A stretch of 64,000 nucleotides of DNA from an uncultured virus (IMG/VR IMGVR_UViG_3300002131_000106) (IMGVR_UViG_3300002131_000106); one strand, 5' to 3'. Numbered from the stretch's first letter, positions 10,045 to 21,121 are shown. A program made the numbers and translations. Notes: generated by a model not told the origin, from the letters alone.

Positions 10045-13000
10045 TGGCCAATAAAGAAACGAGAGTAATAAAGTCAAATACACTAGAAGAATGGAGAAAA
10101 CTTTCTAACGAAGTCTCTCTGCATTTAGGTGACCCTGATCAATTAAACAATAGTCTATCTGATAAGACATATAACTTTGTTAATCCCTCTTCTGGGACAA
10201 CTATATTTACAAATGTAGATAATGATTCTAAGCAGATTAGATTTGAGGTAGGTCCAGAAGCTACACTAGATAATACTTCAGGCGCTATTATTTTAGTTGG
10301 TAGTCCAACGGTTCCTGCATCTTTCGTTTCAGGCGTTACCTTATTTCAAGGGACGTCTTCTACTCCTAGTTTTTCTGGAACTATCGTTTCGGTATCGAAT
10401 AAAAAAATCCTTTTAAAGAATTCTTCAGGTGTCTTTTCATCATTAGCTAGTATTAAGGTAGCGGCAGACTTAATAGATTCAGCTAACGTAGATAGAATTA
10501 TTATAGAATCTTATCCGGTTGGTATTGTAAGAGTATATAAAAATTCTATTGAAATTGCTCAAAGTCTTTTAGACGTAAATGGATTTCATGTATGTAATCA
10601 CAGAGGTTCAGTTACATTAACTGGTTCACCATCTATTGGTTCTTTCACGGAAGGTTCAATAGTATACCATGGGACTACGCAAACAACTCAATCTGGCGTA
10701 GAATCTAACGCTTCGTTTTGGGGAACTGTTTTAGAATGTACTTCTACTTCTCTTAAGTTAAAAACAGTAAGTGGAACCTTTTCAGCCGGATCTATTGTAA
10801 GACTATTAGGAAGTGTTGATACTATACCAGCCGCAAACCATGGTGCTATAACTCTTCATGATAATAGCTACGGTCACACGATCGAGCTAAATTCTCCAAC
10901 AAATGGTACTGATGATATTCAAATATTTTCTATGGATCTTGTTGCGGCTCTTAATGAAATCCAAGATGATGTTGGTATTACAGAAAACCTAACAACCGCT
11001 GCTAGTAATCTTGTTGCTTCTATTAATGAGCATGATGCAGAATTAGGTACAATCACTGCAGCCGCTATGGGTACAGCAGCCAGCACAGTAAGTACTGCAA
11101 TATTAGAACATGAAAATCAGATCGGTAATGAAAGCATTGCTTTAATTGATTCTGATACAAATACAACAATTACTGGGGCTCTTAATCAGTTACACACCGA
11201 AGTCGGTAGTTTATCTCTATCTACTGGATTAGGCACTGATCTTACTACCGCGGTTAATAATCTAAATGACGATCTTGTTACTGCTGACTCTCTTACATCT
11301 CTTAATACTACAGCGAAATATGTAGTAGGCGCTATTAACGAGCATGAAGGTGATATTGGTAATATGGCACTAACCGGTTTAGATGCTACTAATATTTCAG
11401 CAGCTCTAAGAGAAATCCGAGTTGATACTGGTGATCTTGGAGCCTCAGGAGCTAATCTACTTACGACAGCAACAGATTTAACCCTAGGCATTAATGAATT
11501 ATACACTAACCTCTATACTTCTGGCGTTTCGTTTACTGGTTTGGTAGCAGATGACTTTAAAGCTGCTATTAACGAATTACGCGTTGATACCGGTGATGTT
11601 ACTGCAGCTAATATGGGTACTACTGCATCCAATTTAACAGGTGCGGTGTCTGAATTAGAAGTTGAGATTAATGATCTAAACACCTTTACTGGCATTGGTA
11701 CTGTATTAGACCCTACTGCTGATACACTAGCCGATGCTATTAACGAGCATGAAGGTGATATTGGTAATATGACCTTCACGGGCTTAGATGCTCTTAATAT
11801 CTCTGCAGCTATTCGTGAATTAAGAACAGACATCGGTGATGTTACTGCAACCAATATGGGTACTACTGCCTCCAGCCTAACTGCGGCAATGCTCGAATTA
11901 GAGACTGAAATTGATACTCTGAATACTAGAGTTGAGCCTACCCAACCTTTTCATGCTAACTTTGGTGCTCTTACAGTCATGGACGGGCTTAATGAGTTAA
12001 TGACTGACATTGGAAATGTTACTGCGACTAACATGGGTACTACTGCAACAACCGTAGTTACTGCAATTAAAGAACACGAAGACCAAATTGGTAACAACAC
12101 TTTAACCGGTTTAGATGCTACTAATATTTCAGCAGGAATCAGAGAATTAAGAGTTGATACTGGTGATGTTACTGCAACCAATATGGGTACTACTGCCTCC
12201 AACCTAACAGCTGCAGTTAAAGAACTTGTCGATGAAAAACTAGATATTACAAGTACTACTCAGCAGGTAATAACAAGTAGATTACAACTGAAAGGTGATG
12301 TACAATTTACCGAGAATGGTACTAACGCGAAAACAATGACATTTGGAACAGGCACAACACTAGATCTTTCTAATGCTAGCTTGCTATTACCGGGAAATAC
12401 TTCTAACGTTAACATATTCTCTGTATCATTCTTGGAAGTAGATGCAAACGTGGCCATCCAAGGTTTCAGTGTTGATAGGCAGCACGTAACAAATATAGCA
12501 GATACTTCAGACGTTAGATTACAATGGGACGAAAATTATGCAGATGGTACAACTACGTCTAGGCCTTCAAGAGCATGGCAGCTAGTTGGTCTAAATGATT
12601 CAGAAATAAGCAATACCGCTGATATCGTAACATTCTATAATGCAAAAGATCTAATCTCAAGTAATACTGAATCAGGTATTAATGTAACTTGGGATTCTAC
12701 TAATCAAAACTTTGACTTTAATGTTAATGACCCAACCCTTACCTTCACGGGTGATGTGACTGGAACTGGAACATTAACTAACTTAGGTAATTTAAGTATT
12801 GCTTTAACTGTACAGCCTAACTCGGTTGCACTAGGTACAGATACAACCGGAAATTATGTAGCAGACGTTAATAGCGGAACAAATATTACTGTCACCGGTG
12901 CTGATGGTGAAGGCGCAATTAAAGTTGTTAACTTAAATGACTCTATTACTCTTGCAGGTAATCTTACAGTTAACGGGAATTCTGTTCTAGGTAACGAACC

Positions 13001-15521
13001 TGGTGATACAGTCTCTACTTCTGGTAATTTGACTGTTGGTGGTAATCTAACTGTAAATGGTACACAAACAATATTAAATGTAGAAACCCTAGAAGTAGAA
13101 GATACCCTGATTCTTGCTGGTAATAATCTTTCAACCGAGCCAGCTATCGGGGGGTTCGGTATTGAGGTTGGTCCTATTACTTCTCCCTCAGGTGTTGCAA
13201 ACGGGGTCACTGGAGCACACTCAATCGTATATAACTATGCGACTGATCGATGGGAAGCAGACGGGGCATTAATCCTATCAACTGCTACTCTTGCTAGTCC
13301 TACTATTGAATCGATCTCTTTTGGCGCTGGTAAAAATCTAGATTTTAACGACGGCGGCGGCATTTCTATACTAACGGCTCTTAACGGAACTGATATTGAT
13401 GTTACTATTACTAACTCTGATAGAGGATCTAGTCAGAATATTTGGAAAACCATAACAGCTAACACAGGAAGTACTGTAGCCAATATCAATGCTGATACCC
13501 TTAATTTATTGGGAGGCACAGCTATATCTTCTTCTATAGTAGGGGATACTGTTACCTTTAATCATAGCAATAATGGAACAGCAGGAACTTACGGCGGTGA
13601 CACCGGAACTAATGGTATAGTAGTTTCAAGTCTTACGGTTAATGCCCAAGGTCACGTTACTTCAGGTACCTCATACGATCTTGATTCCCGATATGATAAT
13701 TATGTTCAATGGGCTGCATGGTTAAACGGGGTATTTCAGGATAACATTACTACCGGCGAAAGAGTAGGATTTAATGAAGGAACTGGTATTGATATAACCT
13801 ATGATACTAATGATTATATCATAACAAATACTGATAAAGGATCTAGTCAGGATATTTGGAAAACCATAGTAAGTAATTCAGGAAGTACTATAGCCAATAG
13901 TAATGTTGATACTCTCAATTTATTGGGTGGTACTGCTATAACTTCTTCTATAGTAGGAGATACTGTTACCTTCACTCATGATAATAATGGCACTGCTGGT
14001 ACATATGGCGGTGCTGGATCTGATGGTATAGTAGTTGCAAATCTTACGGTTAATGCTCAAGGTCACGTTACTGCCGGCACAGCATACGACCTTGATCTTC
14101 GATATGATAACTACGGATCATGGACAATCCAAGATGGGGATACAACAGCATACACTATAACCTCAGGTGACACTTTACAAATTGCATCCGGGGGTGGTAT
14201 AGTATCTAACTTTACTGCTGACGATGTTCTTACTATATCTCATGCTGATACTTCAGCGGTGGGCAATCTTTCAGTAGATAATAGTGGTAATACTTTTATA
14301 CAGGATATTGCATTTACCTTTGATCCTTTTGGTCATGTTACTGGGGCTACTCAAACATCTGCCACGGTCGTTATTGGCAATGGTACACAGACTATATCTG
14401 CTGGGACAGACCTTGCTACAGGCGGATCGTTTACTGCCAATCAATCCGGTAATTCTACTGTTACTATTAATCATGGTGCCATCGGCAGGTCTAATAGTAA
14501 CACTGTCCAGTCGCCAGGTCATGGATCTACATTTACAGTAGTAGATAGTATTACTAGTAGTGCTACAGGACACATTACTGCGGTAAATACTAAAACCATT
14601 ACTCTACCAGCTGATAATAATACCATACCCAATAATGGTACATTAACACTTAATAGTAGTACAGGCATAAGCGGATCTGCAACATTTACTGCAGATCAAG
14701 CTGGTAATAGTACATTTACGGTAACAAATACTGATAGAGGGTCTAGTCAAAATATATTTAAAACTGTGACTCCTTCAAGTGGAGAATCTGCCACAGCTGA
14801 TACCAATATTGATGTATTAAATCTTACTCAAGGTGGAGGTATCACCACGGTTGGCAGTGGCGACAACATTATTACAATATCTCATGCTGATACCTCTGCT
14901 CAAGGTTCGGTTAATAACAGCGGAAGAACATACATTCAGGATATTACACTAGACACCTATGGTCATATTACTTCCATAGCATCTGCTACTGAAACTGTTA
15001 CTGATAGCGGTAATAACTATGTGAATGCTGGTACTTATTCTGGCGGCACATTGAATCTTACTGGCCCAGGTCTTAACTTTAATGTAACTGGATTTAACAC
15101 AAACACCTTTGCCGGTAATACATATTCTAATAATATGGACCAGTATGTAAGGACTACTGATACTGTACAATTCGGGATAGTTAGATCAACAGGAGATGTT
15201 ATTGCGTCATATTCGTCTGATGAAAGATTAAAAGATAATATTGAGGTTATACCTGATGCATTAAATAAAATATCTAAACTTCGTGGAGTATCGTTTGATT
15301 GGAATAATAAGCAAGACGTTCATGAAGGACATGATATTGGGGTTATTGCTCAGGATGTACAAGCAGTATTACCAGAATTAGTACAAGAAAGAGCTGATGG
15401 TTATCTTGCAGTTAAGTATGAAAAAATAGTTGCTCTTTTGATTGAAGGTATTAAAGAATTAAAAGACGAAAATAAAGAACTTCGCGCTATGATCGAAGAA
15501 CTTAAAAGTATAAATACTTAA
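10044..15521 (+). CDS. Long fibre protein with segmented helical repeats and C-terminal peptidase S74 chaperone
   Basis: Repeats of the type AINEHEGDIG...NISAAxRELRxDxGDVTAxNMGTTAS, then beta-fibre repeats (TVNAQGHVT). C-terminal YSSDERLKDNI...DIGVIAQDV...LIEGIKEL. Confidence 0.8.
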   Translation: MANKETRVIKSNTLEEWRKLSNEVSLHLGDPDQLNNSLSDKTYNFVNPSSGTTIFTNVDNDSKQIRFEVGPEATLDNTSGAIILVGSPTVPASFVSGVTLFQGTSSTPSFSGTIVSVSNKKILLKNSSGVFSSLASIKVAADLIDSANVDRIIIESYPVGIVRVYKNSIEIAQSLLDVNGFHVCNHRGSVTLTGSPSIGSFTEGSIVYHGTTQTTQSGVESNASFWGTVLECTSTSLKLKTVSGTFSAGSIVRLLGSVDTIPAANHGAITLHDNSYGHTIELNSPTNGTDDIQIFSMDLVAALNEIQDDVGITENLTTAASNLVASINEHDAELGTITAAAMGTAASTVSTAILEHENQIGNESIALIDSDTNTTITGALNQLHTEVGSLSLSTGLGTDLTTAVNNLNDDLVTADSLTSLNTTAKYVVGAINEHEGDIGNMALTGLDATNISAALREIRVDTGDLGASGANLLTTATDLTLGINELYTNLYTSGVSFTGLVADDFKAAINELRVDTGDVTAANMGTTASNLTGAVSELEVEINDLNTFTGIGTVLDPTADTLADAINEHEGDIGNMTFTGLDALNISAAIRELRTDIGDVTATNMGTTASSLTAAMLELETEIDTLNTRVEPTQPFHANFGALTVMDGLNELMTDIGNVTATNMGTTATTVVTAIKEHEDQIGNNTLTGLDATNISAGIRELRVDTGDVTATNMGTTASNLTAAVKELVDEKLDITSTTQQVITSRLQLKGDVQFTENGTNAKTMTFGTGTTLDLSNASLLLPGNTSNVNIFSVSFLEVDANVAIQGFSVDRQHVTNIADTSDVRLQWDENYADGTTTSRPSRAWQLVGLNDSEISNTADIVTFYNAKDLISSNTESGINVTWDSTNQNFDFNVNDPTLTFTGDVTGTGTLTNLGNLSIALTVQPNSVALGTDTTGNYVADVNSGTNITVTGADGEGAIKVVNLNDSITLAGNLTVNGNSVLGNEPGDTVSTSGNLTVGGNLTVNGTQTILNVETLEVEDTLILAGNNLSTEPAIGGFGIEVGPITSPSGVANGVTGAHSIVYNYATDRWEADGALILSTATLASPTIESISFGAGKNLDFNDGGGISILTALNGTDIDVTITNSDRGSSQNIWKTITANTGSTVANINADTLNLLGGTAISSSIVGDTVTFNHSNNGTAGTYGGDTGTNGIVVSSLTVNAQGHVTSGTSYDLDSRYDNYVQWAAWLNGVFQDNITTGERVGFNEGTGIDITYDTNDYIITNTDKGSSQDIWKTIVSNSGSTIANSNVDTLNLLGGTAITSSIVGDTVTFTHDNNGTAGTYGGAGSDGIVVANLTVNAQGHVTAGTAYDLDLRYDNYGSWTIQDGDTTAYTITSGDTLQIASGGGIVSNFTADDVLTISHADTSAVGNLSVDNSGNTFIQDIAFTFDPFGHVTGATQTSATVVIGNGTQTISAGTDLATGGSFTANQSGNSTVTINHGAIGRSNSNTVQSPGHGSTFTVVDSITSSATGHITAVNTKTITLPADNNTIPNNGTLTLNSSTGISGSATFTADQAGNSTFTVTNTDRGSSQNIFKTVTPSSGESATADTNIDVLNLTQGGGITTVGSGDNIITISHADTSAQGSVNNSGRTYIQDITLDTYGHITSIASATETVTDSGNNYVNAGTYSGGTLNLTGPGLNFNVTGFNTNTFAGNTYSNNMDQYVRTTDTVQFGIVRSTGDVIASYSSDERLKDNIEVIPDALNKISKLRGVSFDWNNKQDVHEGHDIGVIAQDVQAVLPELVQERADGYLAVKYEKIVALLIEGIKELKDENKELRAMIEELKSINT
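11330..12210 (+). repeat. Imperfect internal coding repeats in the long fibre
   Basis: gctattaacgagcatgaaggtgatattggtaatatg at ~11331 and ~11736. ggtgatgttactgcaaccaatatgggtactactgcctcca at ~11835 and ~12162. taaccggtttagatgctactaatatttcagcag at ~11371 and ~12103. Confidence 0.85.
15509..15516 (+). promoter_or_regulatory. Late promoter TATAAATA
   Basis: Exact consensus 21 nt upstream of ORF 15538. Confidence 0.8.
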
Positions 15522-15537
15522 AAAGGTAATAAGTATA

Positions 15538-15873
15538 ATGGCGATATATTCGAATTTGAGCGTTGATCAGGGGACTACATTTACTGCATATGTAGATGTC
15601 ACTGATAACGCAGGTGATGCATTCAATTTGATTGGTTACACTGTGGCGGGACAAATTAGAAAAAATTATAATTCATTAACTTCGATTGATTTTACTGCTA
15701 CATTATTTAACGCGATTGGTGGGACTATATCTTTAGAGTTATCAGACACTCAAACTAATGCTATGAAGGCAGGTAGGTATGTGTACGATGTTGAAGTAAC
15801 CTCGCCTGGCGGAGAAATTACAAGAGTGGTAGAAGGACAGGTTGAAGTGTTTGCTGGAGTAACACGTGGCTAA
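15538..15873 (+). CDS. Small virion protein, Ig/BppU-like fold likely
   Basis: NLxVDQGTTF...GQIRK...GRYVYDVE...TRVVEG pattern, common next to fibre genes in T4-like phages. Confidence 0.7.
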   Translation: MAIYSNLSVDQGTTFTAYVDVTDNAGDAFNLIGYTVAGQIRKNYNSLTSIDFTATLFNAIGGTISLELSDTQTNAMKAGRYVYDVEVTSPGGEITRVVEGQVEVFAGVTRG

Positions 15874-16114
15874 TATTAAAGCTAAGATAAATCAACAAAA
15901 TAATTTAAAAGCAAGCATAAGCGGTAAACCAACGATCCAAGCACAGACCGTTAATGTGCAGGCCGGTAAAATAAGGTTAGGTGATTTAGTTGATGTTGAC
16001 GCATCAGGTCAATCTGATGGCACGATGCTTATATTTAACGCCACTAGCGGCAAACATGAATTAACCACTCAAATTCAGAACGAAAACCTGAACATTATTG
16101 GAGGCACATATTAA
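15866..16114 (+). CDS. Small fibre-associated protein ending IIGGTY (GTG start)
   Basis: GGAG SD and GTG start. LGDLVDVD..DGTMLIFNA motif. Abuts the next ATG. Confidence 0.7.
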   Translation: MANIKAKINQQNNLKASISGKPTIQAQTVNVQAGKIRLGDLVDVDASGQSDGTMLIFNATSGKHELTTQIQNENLNIIGGTY

Positions 16115-18094
16115 ATGGCTAACCTAACAAGAATTAAAATCTTAACTACTGGGGCAACAACGTCTGCCCCATCTAATATAAAAACTGGTGAATTAGCTTA
16201 TTCATATGTTGCTGGAACACAAGCAAACAATGGTGATCGATTATATATTGGTACTGGTACTGAATCCGGTGGTATTGCATCTAGTGTAGATATCATTGGC
16301 GGTAAGTATTTTGTTAATCTACTAGATCATATTCATGGCACGGCTACTGCAAATAGTGCGGTACTACTTGATGCTAATAAATATATATCTGATATTGCAA
16401 TTGGCAGTTTACAGATTGGCACCTCCGGTGGTACTGGTCAAGCAGTAACAAGTATATCTACTTCAACCACTCTTGCCGGTGCATCTAATACTCAATTAGT
16501 TACGGCATTAGCTGCTAAGACTTATATTGATAGTGTTGTTACTGCTCAGGATTTAGACTTTGCTGGTGATACTGGAACAGGTTCAATTGACCTAGATTCA
16601 GAAGTCATTACCTTTACTGGTCTTACTGGTATTACTACTAGTGTATCAGGTAACATTGTTAATATTGATCTAGATGATACTTCAGTAGCTGCTGGATCTT
16701 ATGGTACTACAACCGCCATTCCAGTAATTACTGTAGATGCTCAAGGCCGATTAACCGCAGCAAGCACTGTAAGTATTACTACATCGTTAACCCTTCAATC
16801 AGACGATACAGTAGATAACCTTGTAGCTCTTGCATCTGATACCCTTAAGTTATTAGGTGGCGTTGGTATTACTACAACTAATACCGCGGATGATTTTACT
16901 TTTAACCTTGATAACACATCGGTTACTGCTGGATCTTACGGTTCGCAAACACAAATTCCTACTTTTACTGTAGATGCTCAAGGCAGACTTACAGCAGCTA
17001 GTTCAGTTACAGTAGCCACAGCTCTTACACTTGATGGTGATACTGGTACAGGTGATGTTGACTTATTAACTGATGACCTACAAATTCTTGGTACTGCTAA
17101 CGAAATTGAAACTGCGGTAACTAAAGTCGGCACTGATGTTAAGGTTATTGTAGGATTACCTACTAACGTTACTATTGCTGGTGAATTGGATGTTAACACT
17201 CTTGATGTAGCTACTTCAGCAGCAATTGCTTCTGCTACTATCGAAGACTTAACCAATAATCGAGTTGTGATTGTTGGAGCAGGCGGCTTACTCGAAGACG
17301 ATGCTAACTTTGTATTCGATGGCACTGAATTAAATATCGGAGCTGGTAACCTTACGGTTCAACATGCTACTGGTAATACCGTCATTAATGGTGACCTTCA
17401 AGTTAATGGTGCTAATATTAATCTTGGTAATGGTCTTACTGATAGCGTTATTATTTCTGGTAACCTTACAGTCCAAGGTACTACAACAACAGTAGAATCA
17501 ACCACGGTTGTTATTGATGATCCAGTAATTGCATTAGGTGATAATACAACCTCAATAACATCAGATGGTCTTGATCGTGGTGTTAGGTTTAAGTATGGTG
17601 ATGGTTCAGCAGTACTTACTGGCTTTTTTGGTCTTGACATTCAAACCCAACGTTTCGTATTCCAAAATGACGAAACAGCTGGCACTGATGACTTCTCTAC
17701 TCCATGGGGAGATGCTGAGTTTGGTAACATATATGGTACTGGTGCTGATCTAGGCAATATCACGGTTGGTCTTTCAACTGATAATACTATCACCACAACA
17801 ACAGGGGATTTAATATTAGATTCTTCTACTGGTGAATTAGTAGTTAATGATAATGCTACTGTTAATGGCACATTGGATGTTACAGGCGCAGTTACTCTTA
17901 CGGTCGACCTCGCGGTCGTGCACGGTGGTACGGGCGTATCTAGCTTTACTGGCAATTCAATTATCACGGCTAATGCTGGTGGTACTGCATTAAGTAACTT
18001 AACAAGTTCATTAGGAACGGTTGGAGATATTGTACAGTTTGATGCAGGCGGTGTTCCCGTAGTATCCAATATCATCGATGGGGGCACTTACTAA
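16115..18094 (+). CDS. Fibre/structural protein with Mtd-N-like N-terminus, ending DGGTY
   Basis: APSNIKTGELAYSY...LYIG. Two SVxAGSYGxxTxIPxxTVDAQGRLTAAS repeats. GNLTVQGTTTTV beta repeats. Confidence 0.7.
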   Translation: MANLTRIKILTTGATTSAPSNIKTGELAYSYVAGTQANNGDRLYIGTGTESGGIASSVDIIGGKYFVNLLDHIHGTATANSAVLLDANKYISDIAIGSLQIGTSGGTGQAVTSISTSTTLAGASNTQLVTALAAKTYIDSVVTAQDLDFAGDTGTGSIDLDSEVITFTGLTGITTSVSGNIVNIDLDDTSVAAGSYGTTTAIPVITVDAQGRLTAASTVSITTSLTLQSDDTVDNLVALASDTLKLLGGVGITTTNTADDFTFNLDNTSVTAGSYGSQTQIPTFTVDAQGRLTAASSVTVATALTLDGDTGTGDVDLLTDDLQILGTANEIETAVTKVGTDVKVIVGLPTNVTIAGELDVNTLDVATSAAIASATIEDLTNNRVVIVGAGGLLEDDANFVFDGTELNIGAGNLTVQHATGNTVINGDLQVNGANINLGNGLTDSVIISGNLTVQGTTTTVESTTVVIDDPVIALGDNTTSITSDGLDRGVRFKYGDGSAVLTGFFGLDIQTQRFVFQNDETAGTDDFSTPWGDAEFGNIYGTGADLGNITVGLSTDNTITTTTGDLILDSSTGELVVNDNATVNGTLDVTGAVTLTVDLAVVHGGTGVSSFTGNSIITANAGGTALSNLTSSLGTVGDIVQFDAGGVPVVSNIIDGGTY

Positions 18095-18189
18095 GAAGTA
18101 TAGATATTATTGTTATATGATTCCTGTATATACAGGGTGAAAAATTACATTAATTGACTCTTTATAGAGTTTGATAGGAGAAGCCAACA

Positions 18190-21084
18190 TTGGCTAGACA
18201 ATCTGACATTCGTTTAAGACGTTCGGCTATTAGCGGAGCGATTCCAGCAACATCTGCATTAAATCTTGGTGAACTAGCAATCAACACATACGACGGCAAG
18301 TTGTATATGAAGAAAGATGTTGGTGGCACTGAAACAATTGTAGAAATTGGAGGTGGTGGTACTAGTCAAGATGCAGTATGGAGAGAATACACATATACTG
18401 TAACAACTGGACGAACCTCTTTTTCAGGACCAGACGATAATTCAAACACTCTAGCCTATAGTACTGGATACATCCAAGTATTCTTTAATGGTGTTCTTCT
18501 CGACTCTACGGATTATACAGCTACTACTAGTAGTTCAGTAGTATTAGATTCAGCCGCAGTTGCTGGCGACATAATTACTATTTCAGCATTTGCAAAAGTG
18601 TTAGGCACTGGAGATATAGTTATCCAGCAGTTTACCGGTAATGGTTCTACTGTTGCTTTTACACTTTCAGATAATCCAGGGAATGAAAATAACACTCGTG
18701 TGTTTATTGATGGTGTATATCAGAATAAAAATACTTATTCAGTATCTGGTACTACTCTTACTCTTACAGAAGCTCCCGCCAATAGTCAAATACTAGAAGT
18801 CGAAATAGGTTCAAGAAATGTCACCATAGATGATGTTAATGGACTGAATATTACTGGTAACCTTGTAGTCGGTAGTACAATTACTGCAACGGGTGGCAAT
18901 TCCACTAATTGGAATACGGCTTATGGCTGGGGAGATCACGCATCTGCAGGTTACACTACAACCGATACTACGTATTCTGCTGGTACAGGTATTACTCTTA
19001 CTGGCACTACATTCAGTTTAACAGATACTGCTGCTAAATGGACTCAAGATAATACTAAAATATCTAACTGGGATACCGCATACGGTTGGGGTGATCATGC
19101 CTCTGTTGGTTATACTACAACTGATACTACATATTCTGCTGGTACTGGAGTTACTCTTACTGGTACTACATTCAGTTTAACAGATACTGCTGCTAAGTGG
19201 ACTCAAGATAATACTAAAATATCTAACTGGGATACTGCCTATGGTTGGGGCGATCATAGTACTGAAGGCTATGCGACTGAAACATATGTCGGAACTCAAA
19301 TTAGTAACCTGGTGGATGCATCACCGGCTACACTAGATACTTTAAACGAATTAGCGGCAGCATTAGGGGATGATCCTAACTTTGCTACTACGGTATCAAC
19401 AAGTATTGGTACTAAATGGACTCAAGATAATACTAAAATAGCCAATTGGGATACTGCATACGGTTGGGGTAATCATGCGACTGCAGGTTATGCTGCATCG
19501 AGTCATGTTCACAGTTATCTACCTCTAGCAGGTGGTACATTATCAGGTAGTCTATCATTAGGAACCAACGATATTACTTCGGTTGGAACTATTACTGCTA
19601 CTCAATTCTCGGGCGGACTCTTCGGTGATGTTACTGGTAACGTTTTAGGTAACGTAACAGGTGATGTGAGTGGATCGTCTGGTACTGTATTAAGTCTAGG
19701 CGGACATACCACAACAGACTTAACCGAAGGTACTAACCTATACTTTACAGACGAAAGAGTAGATGATAGAGTTGCTGCTTTATTAGTTGCTGGTACAAAT
19801 ATTACATTATCATATAACGATGCAGCTGGTACATTAACTGTTAATTCATCAGGTAAAACACAAGAAGAAATAGAAGATATTGTTGGTGGATTATTAGTTG
19901 CTGGAACGGGTATCGGTTTAGTATATAATGATGCTGGCGGTGCTTTAACTGTAACCAACACAGCAGTCGGGGCAAACGCATTTGGCAATATTGCTATCTC
20001 GGGTCAATCGACCGTAGCTGCTGATTCAACAAATGATACTCTTACTCTGGTTGGTGGTACAGGTATTACTCTTGTTACTGACGCTGGAACAGATACTATT
20101 ACTATTACTAATAGTTCTCTGGGCGCAAATGCATTTGGTAATATCACAGTTAGTGGACAAGCAACTATAGCTGCAGATTCAACAGGAGATACTCTTACAC
20201 TTGTTGCTGGCGCTGGCATGATTATAACAACTGCAGCCGGCACAGACACTATTACTATTTCAGGTAATGCTGCAGTTGCACCTTTTGTTACAGAACTATA
20301 TGTGGCCACCGGCGGACAAACAACCTTTGCATTAACTAATACACCACAATCCGAAGACAGTATGATGGTTTTCATTGATGGTGTCTATCAGAATAAAAAT
20401 TCATATGTATTAACAGGAAGTAGTTTAGTCTTTGATTCTGCTGTACCAATAAACAGTGAAGTAGTATTTCATATTGTACAGGCTGCTGTAAACGGGACTG
20501 GTAATAACCTAGACACATTCACGGGTGATAATACTACTACAGATTTTACTCTAACCATTGATCCTATTAGTGAAAATAATGTATGGGTATTCTTAGATGG
20601 GGTCTATCAAGAGAAATCTGAATTTAGTGTAAGTGGTACTACGTTGTCCTTTGTTACTGCACCAGCAAGTGGTGACTCAGTAGAAGTTATAACACCTACT
20701 ATTACAGCAGTTAATGCGCCTTCAATAGATTCTATTAATTCTGTTACTATGTTTAATGAATCTAATATAGTACCTAATACTGTAACAACTACAACCTTTG
20801 GAACAACGAGTGCTACAACTATTGCATCTCATAGTGCATCAACATATAGAACAGTTAAATATCTTGTGCAATGTACACAGGGAACAGATTACCATTCAAC
20901 AGAAATTAATTTAATCCACGATGGAACCACGGTATATCTTACCGAATACGGTTCACTATGGGATAATGCTGCATTAGGAACATTCGATGCTACTATTTCT
21001 GGAGGCAATATCTTATTACAAATGACAGCGGGGAGTGCGTCAAGTATGACTACTAAAGTTATATCAACTGCAGTTCCTGTATAA
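18190..21084 (+). CDS. Multidomain fibre/adaptor protein (TTG start)
   Basis: AGGAG SD and TTG start. IRLRRS..GELAINTYDGKLY N-terminus. Four VFx(D/N)GVxx beta-sandwich-like repeats, NWxTAYGWG repeats and an [17 protein letters not shown] box. C-terminal KYLVQ..TEINLIHDG..TEYG domain. Confidence 0.75.
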   Translation: MARQSDIRLRRSAISGAIPATSALNLGELAINTYDGKLYMKKDVGGTETIVEIGGGGTSQDAVWREYTYTVTTGRTSFSGPDDNSNTLAYSTGYIQVFFNGVLLDSTDYTATTSSSVVLDSAAVAGDIITISAFAKVLGTGDIVIQQFTGNGSTVAFTLSDNPGNENNTRVFIDGVYQNKNTYSVSGTTLTLTEAPANSQILEVEIGSRNVTIDDVNGLNITGNLVVGSTITATGGNSTNWNTAYGWGDHASAGYTTTDTTYSAGTGITLTGTTFSLTDTAAKWTQDNTKISNWDTAYGWGDHASVGYTTTDTTYSAGTGVTLTGTTFSLTDTAAKWTQDNTKISNWDTAYGWGDHSTEGYATETYVGTQISNLVDASPATLDTLNELAAALGDDPNFATTVSTSIGTKWTQDNTKIANWDTAYGWGNHATAGYAASSHVHSYLPLAGGTLSGSLSLGTNDITSVGTITATQFSGGLFGDVTGNVLGNVTGDVSGSSGTVLSLGGHTTTDLTEGTNLYFTDERVDDRVAALLVAGTNITLSYNDAAGTLTVNSSGKTQEEIEDIVGGLLVAGTGIGLVYNDAGGALTVTNTAVGANAFGNIAISGQSTVAADSTNDTLTLVGGTGITLVTDAGTDTITITNSSLGANAFGNITVSGQATIAADSTGDTLTLVAGAGMIITTAAGTDTITISGNAAVAPFVTELYVATGGQTTFALTNTPQSEDSMMVFIDGVYQNKNSYVLTGSSLVFDSAVPINSEVVFHIVQAAVNGTGNNLDTFTGDNTTTDFTLTIDPISENNVWVFLDGVYQEKSEFSVSGTTLSFVTAPASGDSVEVITPTITAVNAPSIDSINSVTMFNESNIVPNTVTTTTFGTTSATTIASHSASTYRTVKYLVQCTQGTDYHSTEINLIHDGTTVYLTEYGSLWDNAALGTFDATISGGNILLQMTAGSASSMTTKVISTAVPV
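18907..19257 (+). repeat. 159-nt (53-aa) tandem repeat, about 2.2 copies
   Basis: Units start at 18907, 19066 and 19225 (NWxTAYGWGDHASxGYTTTDTTYSAGTGxTLTGTTFSLTDTAAKWTQDNTKIS). Confidence 0.9.
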
Positions 21085-21087
21085 ATA
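21080..21087 (+). promoter_or_regulatory. Late promoter TATAAATA
   Basis: Exact consensus overlapping the stop of ORF 18190. Confidence 0.8.
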
Positions 21088-21121
21088 CTATTACAATAAC
21101 ATCGGTGGAGAGTGAAACCAG

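Noticed and set aside
18907..19257. CRISPR-like array suggested by regular repeats (also 36059-36356)
   Set aside because: These are in-frame coding tandem repeats with no unique spacers, and there are no cas genes.
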